Part shown: positions 57,386 through 61,996 of the stretch, in pieces
Numbering within the stretch: the first letter of the stretch is position 1
Layout of the letters: the number at the start of each line of letters is the position of its first letter
IMG/VR virus record: IMGVR_UViG_3300043436_000818
Coordinates: 1-61,996 of that record
From: a virus
Taxonomy: Duplodnaviria; Caudoviricetes
Length of the DNA stretch: 61,996 nt
Strand: one strand, 5' to 3'
Translations under genes and position numbers: made by a program
The notes under the pieces: model-generated
The model's input: only the letters and a program-made list of their open reading frames with translations
Database searches by the model: none
What the model was told of the DNA's origin: nothing

Positions 57386-57607
57386 ATGTTGCCAATAGAA
57401 TTTTTAATACTATATCCTATGAGCCTCCCAGTTGCTTTTTTATTGAGCAAGTTATGGGCGAAGATTAGCCGCAAGAGATATGTAGATACGCCCGAAGCTA
57501 CACCCTACGAGTTTGAAAAAGACAAGCCCGTAAAGAATTACAACCAAGTGATGAACCACATCCATTGTGAAACCAAAAGAATGTATAGGGGAAAACTATT
57601 ATCATGA
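57386..57607 (+). CDS. Small membrane-anchored protein
   Basis: Homolog of 30588. Confidence 0.7.
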   Translation: MLPIEFLILYPMSLPVAFLLSKLWAKISRKRYVDTPEATPYEFEKDKPVKNYNQVMNHIHCETKRMYRGKLLS

Positions 57608-57855
57608 AACTATACACAGAGGATCAAGTTGTAAATGCTTTACAAAAAGTATTTTTAGAATCAATAACATTTGAAGATGTTAACGAGGTTGTTAGAAATT
57701 TAACACCCATTGAACTACCAAGTGAGGAGGAGATACGAGAAGAGAGATTATTACAATTTCCTGATTCTGAATATGCTAACAGGGCAAATGATAGACTTGC
57801 CTTTTATTGTGGCGCAAAATTCGTAATAAACAAAATACAAGGAGGTAACAAATGA
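57604..57855 (+). CDS. PIELPS-family mini-protein
   Basis: C-half matches 2-283; GGNK end. Confidence 0.7.
   Translation: MKLYTEDQVVNALQKVFLESITFEDVNEVVRNLTPIELPSEEEIREERLLQFPDSEYANRANDRLAFYCGAKFVINKIQGGNK
57706..57834 (+). repeat. 129-bp repeat shared with 128-256
   Basis: Three mismatches seen; encodes PIELPS...CGAKFVINK. Confidence 0.9.
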
Positions 57856-58040
57856 TACGTTACGAGAAAAAAGATTCCCTACAATGGAAAATGGAATGGT
57901 TGGAGAATATCAGGGAGTATGTCTATGTAATAACCGATGGTGGATATTCTGAAAAGTATATGATATACGATTGGAGTTTACACGATGCGATTAAAGATTT
58001 TAAAACTAAATTAAAAGTAAAATATGCAGTTAAGTATTGA
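57852..58040 (+). CDS. Hypothetical protein
   Basis: GGAGG-ATGA coupled. Confidence 0.6.
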   Translation: MIRYEKKDSLQWKMEWLENIREYVYVITDGGYSEKYMIYDWSLHDAIKDFKTKLKVKYAVKY

Positions 58041-58224
58041 TAGGGCAATGGGATTGCCAAAGGGAACATCCATCATTTATACGCACTTGGATACAAACGA
58101 TAGCGAGGAAATGAAATGGGTGGGAATGGACTTTTCACCTACTGGATTAATTCGTGGAATTGTAGAGGATGAAGATGGTAACCATTGGTGGGGTTATCTT
58201 ACACAATTTCATACATTTGATTGA
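58024..58224 (+). CDS. Hypothetical protein
   Basis: Coupled ORF. Confidence 0.55.
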   Translation: MQLSIDRAMGLPKGTSIIYTHLDTNDSEEMKWVGMDFSPTGLIRGIVEDEDGNHWWGYLTQFHTFD

Positions 58225-58230
58225 TATAAT

Positions 58231-58262
58231 TTTGTATATTCTAAAAATAAAAAGTATATTTG
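58231..58262 (+). promoter_or_regulatory. Bacteroidota-type promoter
   Basis: TTTG-N20-TATATTTG. Confidence 0.8.
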
Positions 58263-58270
58263 TAAACGAT

Positions 58271-58489
58271 ATGATTGACACGGATTCGGCATTAAGAGAG
58301 ATATTTACCAAGTACACCAATACTGAATTGGAGGTGTTGATGGGTGAGAATTATTACACCATTGCAACTTGGAAGTTTAAATTCAAGAAACACGAATTAT
58401 CAATTGAAAAGAAAATAGAGATCCTTACCAAGCTTAATTATAGGGTATGGACAAATTTAACATGGCAAAAACCAATTAATTCAAAATAA
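58271..58489 (+). CDS. Putative HTH regulator
   Basis: TNTELEVLMGENYYTIATWK; start set after the promoter. Confidence 0.55.
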   Translation: MIDTDSALREIFTKYTNTELEVLMGENYYTIATWKFKFKKHELSIEKKIEILTKLNYRVWTNLTWQKPINSK

Positions 58490-58490
58490 A

Positions 58491-58982
58491 ATGGAAACAA
58501 TTAAATCAGCAAAAGTTACCCAAGTAAGTGGTAACGGCAAATGGGATTCACAACAGTATGGAACTTTTTATAAGTTCGAAATTGTATTTGACAATGGGGA
58601 TAGTGGACAATATATGTCCAAAGAACCCGAGCAAAACAAATTCAAGGTAGGGGATGAGGCATCGTACACCATCACATCCAAGGATGTAAACGGCAAATTG
58701 TATTACACGATTAAACCTGCAATGAATTTACAACAGGGCAAAGGTGGATGGAAACCACAGGCAGCCGACCCCGAAAAGGAAGCTCGTATCTCACGGATGA
58801 GTGTGTTAAAGGTTGCAACGGATATTTACATCAACCACGGCAAAATGGAGATTAATGAGATTATCCCATTGGCACAGATTTTTGAACAATGGGTGATGAC
58901 TGGTGTTAATCCAACAAGTAAAACCGAACCAAAGAAATCGGAAACAGAACACCCATTGTTTAACGATGAACCCCCATTCTAA
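58491..58982 (+). CDS. Putative single-stranded DNA-binding protein
   Basis: Beta-rich N-terminus, acidic DEPPF C-terminus. Confidence 0.6.
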   Translation: METIKSAKVTQVSGNGKWDSQQYGTFYKFEIVFDNGDSGQYMSKEPEQNKFKVGDEASYTITSKDVNGKLYYTIKPAMNLQQGKGGWKPQAADPEKEARISRMSVLKVATDIYINHGKMEINEIIPLAQIFEQWVMTGVNPTSKTEPKKSETEHPLFNDEPPF

Positions 58983-58984
58983 CC

Positions 58985-59392
58985 ATGAGCAACAATATAA
59001 TTGAAACAATCAACACAACCCTGTATAATGCGATACAGGGCAATATCTCACCATTTGATACATACATAGACCTAAAAGAGGTAGAAAATGCCTTAAATGA
59101 TGCTATAAATGCGTTAAAAGAGGCTGCAATGGATGAGGCAATCAGGTACAATGGACAACAACACCGTGGGTATGAGATAAAGGTAGGTAGTGTTGGAGGT
59201 CGGTATTCCTATGACCATATACCTGAATATGTAGAACTCAAAGAACAATTGAAAGGTATGGAATCAAGTTATCAGGATGCATTTAAGCAATACGAAAAAG
59301 GATTGCAGATTGTAACCGATGATGGTGAATTGATGCCAATTGCAAACTATAAACCTAATGCAATAAGTATCCAATTGAAGAAAAAGTTATAA
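58985..59392 (+). CDS. Conserved phage hypothetical protein
   Basis: Coiled coil, RYSYDH, VTDDGE. Confidence 0.7.
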   Translation: MSNNIIETINTTLYNAIQGNISPFDTYIDLKEVENALNDAINALKEAAMDEAIRYNGQQHRGYEIKVGSVGGRYSYDHIPEYVELKEQLKGMESSYQDAFKQYEKGLQIVTDDGELMPIANYKPNAISIQLKKKL

Positions 59393-59421
59393 AAAAATAG
59401 GGGGTTATTACACCCCCTATA
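59391..59421. terminator. Hairpin, possibly a bidirectional terminator
   Basis: ATAGGGGG...CCCCCTAT preceded by an A-tract. Confidence 0.7.
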
Positions 59422-59476
59422 AATCTATGAACGGATAATTTTGAAAACAATCGGCACAAATATAATGAATTTCTAT

Positions 59477-59577
59477 AAACAAAAACAGCCCCGTAAGGAG
59501 CTGCAATTTGTAACGGCATCAGTCAGTCCGTTTGATAATTTTTGTTTACATTTTAGAAGGATGTGTTTAACGACTGC
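59477..59577 (-). ncRNA. Putative ~100-nt divergent small RNA
   Basis: Minus-strand TATATTTG (59589-59582) and minus-strand terminator CAGCTCC-TTAC-GGGGCTG-TTTTT. Confidence 0.45.
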
Positions 59578-59601
59578 GGTACAAATATAAAATTATTTTC
59601 G

Positions 59602-59609
59602 TATATTTG
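59602..59609 (+). promoter_or_regulatory. -7 promoter element upstream of leader RNA B
   Basis: TATATTTG 4 nt before GTTAACT, as in genome A. Confidence 0.65.
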
Positions 59610-59613
59610 TATT

Positions 59614-59711
59614 GTTAACTGGAATGTGAGAGATTCCGAAAGTTAAAAGACTATTGCCCGTTGGGTTTGCGTGTACTCTCACTACCGCAGATTCGATGGG
59701 CTTTTTTATTT
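59614..59711 (+). ncRNA. Structured leader RNA (counterpart of 855-954)
   Basis: Loops GTGAGAG (59626-59632) and CTCTCAC (59676-59682). Confidence 0.8.
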
Positions 59712-60458
59712 ATGGAAGAAACAAACTATTTTGTAATATTTCCAACCGAGTTACTGGAAGTATTAACGCCCCGACAAGCAATATTAATCGGGATCATCAC
59801 AGGTATGGCAAAAAAACAAGGTTACGCATACCCAAGCAACCAAACATTATCAAACCTATTGAACGTGAGTATTGATTGTATTAAACGTGATTTAGCGGAA
59901 TTGGAGGAAAAGAAACACATTTATCGTGAAATCATTAGGAACGATAAACAAGAAGTAATACAACGCAGAATTTACCCTACGCATTTAAAACGCACCGAGG
60001 TGGGTGCAGAAATACCCCGAGGGGTGGGTGCAAATTTACACGGAGGGTCGGTGCAAAAATCCGCCATAGATAATAATAATAGTTATAATAATAAATTAGA
60101 TAAAGATAATTATATAACTATCGCAGGGCGATTGTATGATAGGGATGAACTTTTTGAACTATGTTGGAAAGCATATCCAAGAAAAGAGGGAAAGGCCGCA
60201 GCACGGAAAACGTGGGGGAAATTGAAAGTGGAGGATATCCAGTTAATACAAAAGCATCTACCATTATTTAAAAAAGAAAGTTCCGCAAAAGAAAAAAGAT
60301 ACATCCCACATTTTTCAACCTACCTAAACCAACGCAGATTTGAGGATGAGTTAGAACCATCCAATATGGGCGGCATCCTAATGGATAAAATAAACAAGCT
60401 TACTAATGAAATCGGTCATTCACTAAATAACACTTTACAAATCATTACAAATCAATAA
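59712..60458 (+). CDS. Replication initiator (N-terminal winged HTH)
   Basis: GYAYPSNQTLS...IKRDLAELE; WKAYPRKEGKAAA...HFSTYLNQRRF; internal iterons; start set at ATG 59712. Confidence 0.85.
   Translation: MEETNYFVIFPTELLEVLTPRQAILIGIITGMAKKQGYAYPSNQTLSNLLNVSIDCIKRDLAELEEKKHIYREIIRNDKQEVIQRRIYPTHLKRTEVGAEIPRGVGANLHGGSVQKSAIDNNNSYNNKLDKDNYITIAGRLYDRDELFELCWKAYPRKEGKAAARKTWGKLKVEDIQLIQKHLPLFKKESSAKEKRYIPHFSTYLNQRRFEDELEPSNMGGILMDKINKLTNEIGHSLNNTLQIITNQ
59999..60118 (+). repeat. Putative replication origin B: three 23-24-bp iterons plus an AT-rich tract
   Basis: GGT(G/C)GGTGCA at 59999, 60023, 60046. Confidence 0.72.
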
Positions 60459-60468
60459 TATTTGAACC

Positions 60469-61140
60469 ATGTTTATAAAAGACATAACCCCCGAGATGCT
60501 CGATTTGCACATTACTAAATTTTGTGCATTAACTGGAATGGAGTACATCGACCTAACATCAATGATTTACCCAATGGTATTGGAGAAATATGGCAAGTAT
60601 GATGCGGCAATATTTCCGAATGCATTTAAGGATTTTGTAATATCAGGTCGCAAAGCCCCATCAAAGTTTGCATTTAACTTTATCTGTGGCGTTCTAAACG
60701 AATATATACAGGATAACCATACCAAGATACCACGGGTGGAAAATAAACGTGAATACACCCCAAAACTGCCATCCCCCGATGAAATGGAAAAGATATTCCA
60801 AAATAACTTTTCACGGTGTACTACAACTTGGATAAATGTATGGTATAGCCAAAAGATGGAAATGTTATCATTGATGGTAATGAACATTGTTTTTAAGGGA
60901 TTGGTAGAACGTGGATTGGTAGAGGATAATTTTGATCAAGGCGAAGTGTACCAAATGATGGATTGGGTATCTAATTATGAGCAAAAATACATCCAGCACC
61001 TGAAAGGATTGAATCGCAACCCATACGCCAAAACAATATATGAAACATTGACTTTGGTTGCCGATAAGAACAAACAGGATAAGACATTAGAGGGAGCGGC
61101 TAAATTTGCAATATACATAAACACAAAAAACAATATTTAA
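60469..61140 (+). CDS. Hypothetical protein (possible helicase loader by position)
   Basis: Follows initiator. Confidence 0.6.
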   Translation: MFIKDITPEMLDLHITKFCALTGMEYIDLTSMIYPMVLEKYGKYDAAIFPNAFKDFVISGRKAPSKFAFNFICGVLNEYIQDNHTKIPRVENKREYTPKLPSPDEMEKIFQNNFSRCTTTWINVWYSQKMEMLSLMVMNIVFKGLVERGLVEDNFDQGEVYQMMDWVSNYEQKYIQHLKGLNRNPYAKTIYETLTLVADKNKQDKTLEGAAKFAIYINTKNNI

Positions 61141-61145
61141 ACGAT

Positions 61146-61481
61146 ATGTTAAAAGTAGAAACAATCACATCAAGTTACTTTTCACCACGAGTGGTCGACA
61201 AGGTAAGAGACATTTTAACCCGATTCCCTGAAACACGGGATTCCAACAACCAATTATTGGCAAAGTATTTTCATTTCTATTGCCCCGAACCCGTGCAGTA
61301 CATTACAGGTGAGGAATTTTTAAACCATCTTGCCGCTGGTAACTTGGGTAAATTGGAGGTAATTACACGAGCATCACGAAAGTTACAACAGGATTACCCT
61401 GAATTGCGTGGGTATCTATGGGAAAAACGCCAACGGAAGGAAACGGAAGTTAGGGATGAAGTAAGAACATGGGAGGTATAA
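61146..61481 (+). CDS. Conserved phage hypothetical protein
   Basis: PETRDSN..L; ITRASRKLQQDYPELRG. Confidence 0.7.
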   Translation: MLKVETITSSYFSPRVVDKVRDILTRFPETRDSNNQLLAKYFHFYCPEPVQYITGEEFLNHLAAGNLGKLEVITRASRKLQQDYPELRGYLWEKRQRKETEVRDEVRTWEV

Positions 61482-61483
61482 CA

Positions 61484-61723
61484 ATGACTGCAATAAACAC
61501 ATTAATTGATTGGGTTCAAGAAATACAATCATGTAGCCCCGAATCATCTTGTTTCATCGATGCACAGGAAATTATTGATCACGCCAACCGATATGCAATG
61601 GATGATGAGATGCAGGTAATTAAATACCTTGGTATTTTAACCGACATCATAAATGCCCATCCTGATATTACACGGGAGGAAATATTGTATGAAATCAATC
61701 GAATTAAGGAGATTTTATTATGA
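61484..61723 (+). CDS. Hypothetical mini-array protein
   Basis: GGAGG upstream. Confidence 0.6.
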   Translation: MTAINTLIDWVQEIQSCSPESSCFIDAQEIIDHANRYAMDDEMQVIKYLGILTDIINAHPDITREEILYEINRIKEILL

Positions 61724-61884
61724 GAATTGTTGTTAAACACAAAAACACGGAAGTTGTCATCGAGGATGGCGAAACTAAAACCGACACTAATTCCAATCTA
61801 ATCTACTACAATCAAAAGTATTTATTAGAATTGTTGGACAAGATTTTTAAAGAGATTAAAGCATTGGACAATGAGCAACAATAA
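61720..61884 (+). CDS. 54-aa hypothetical protein
   Basis: Near-identical to 31038. Confidence 0.7.
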   Translation: MRIVVKHKNTEVVIEDGETKTDTNSNLIYYNQKYLLELLDKIFKEIKALDNEQQ

Positions 61885-61996
61885 ACAAAGTATGAAACTA
61901 TACACTAAAGAAGACTTTTTAAAAGCCGCTGAATTTTGCGAAGTGTCAATGATAGATGCGAAATATATAATTGAACGCATTGATGAAGTAAGCGAC
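61870..61996 (+). repeat. 127-bp terminal overlap (circular assembly signature)
   Basis: Identical to 1-127; 127 is a common maximum assembler k-mer. Confidence 0.95.

Larger units (their letters stand above)
31636..61869 (+). mobile_element. Phage genome B, a distant relative of A
   Basis: Second full set of hallmark genes with a different TerL family, endolysin and initiator. Confidence 0.85.

Noticed and set aside
59654-59875. ORF 59654-59875 and the 59661 start for initiator B
   Set aside because: Both begin inside the conserved RNA hairpin; ATG 59712 matches the position of the start in genome A
173-60887. Minus-strand and nested alternative-frame ORFs in the track
   Set aside because: Nearly all overlap well-supported + strand genes and show no motifs or promoters; only the two -1 frameshift extensions were kept
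1-61996. Tandem duplication of a single genome
   Set aside because: Core proteins are highly divergent or from different families and gene order differs
1-61996. Stop-codon reassignment or an integrated prophage
   Set aside because: Genes tile densely under the standard code, and no integrase or host flanking genes were recognised

Overview
AT-rich, almost entirely + strand coding contig made of two different, apparently complete ~31 kb tailed-phage genomes joined head to tail: genome A ~1-31635 and genome B ~31636-61869. Each half has its own TerS/TerL, portal, protease, scaffold, major capsid, tail tube, tape measure, lysis, sigma factor and replication genes. The halves meet at short near-identical repeats in a mini-gene array, and a 127-bp terminal overlap closes the contig, so an assembly chimera is likely. 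TTTG-N19/20-TAnnTTTG promoters point to a Bacteroidota host (inference). Comparing the halves exposes non-coding features. (1) A two-hairpin leader RNA precedes each non-homologous replication initiator gene; its two 7-nt loops are exactly complementary yet differ in sequence between the phages. (2) A T9 -1 frameshift site lies in a tail-chaperone-like gene next to TerL. (3) The late promoters are phage-specific (AAC-N15-CGT in B). (4) One two-module domain is inserted in the protease in A but in the portal in B. (5) Mosaic mini-genes share conserved junctions. No tRNA, CRISPR array, integrase or reverse transcriptase was recognised. All protein calls come from motif recognition by eye, not database searches.
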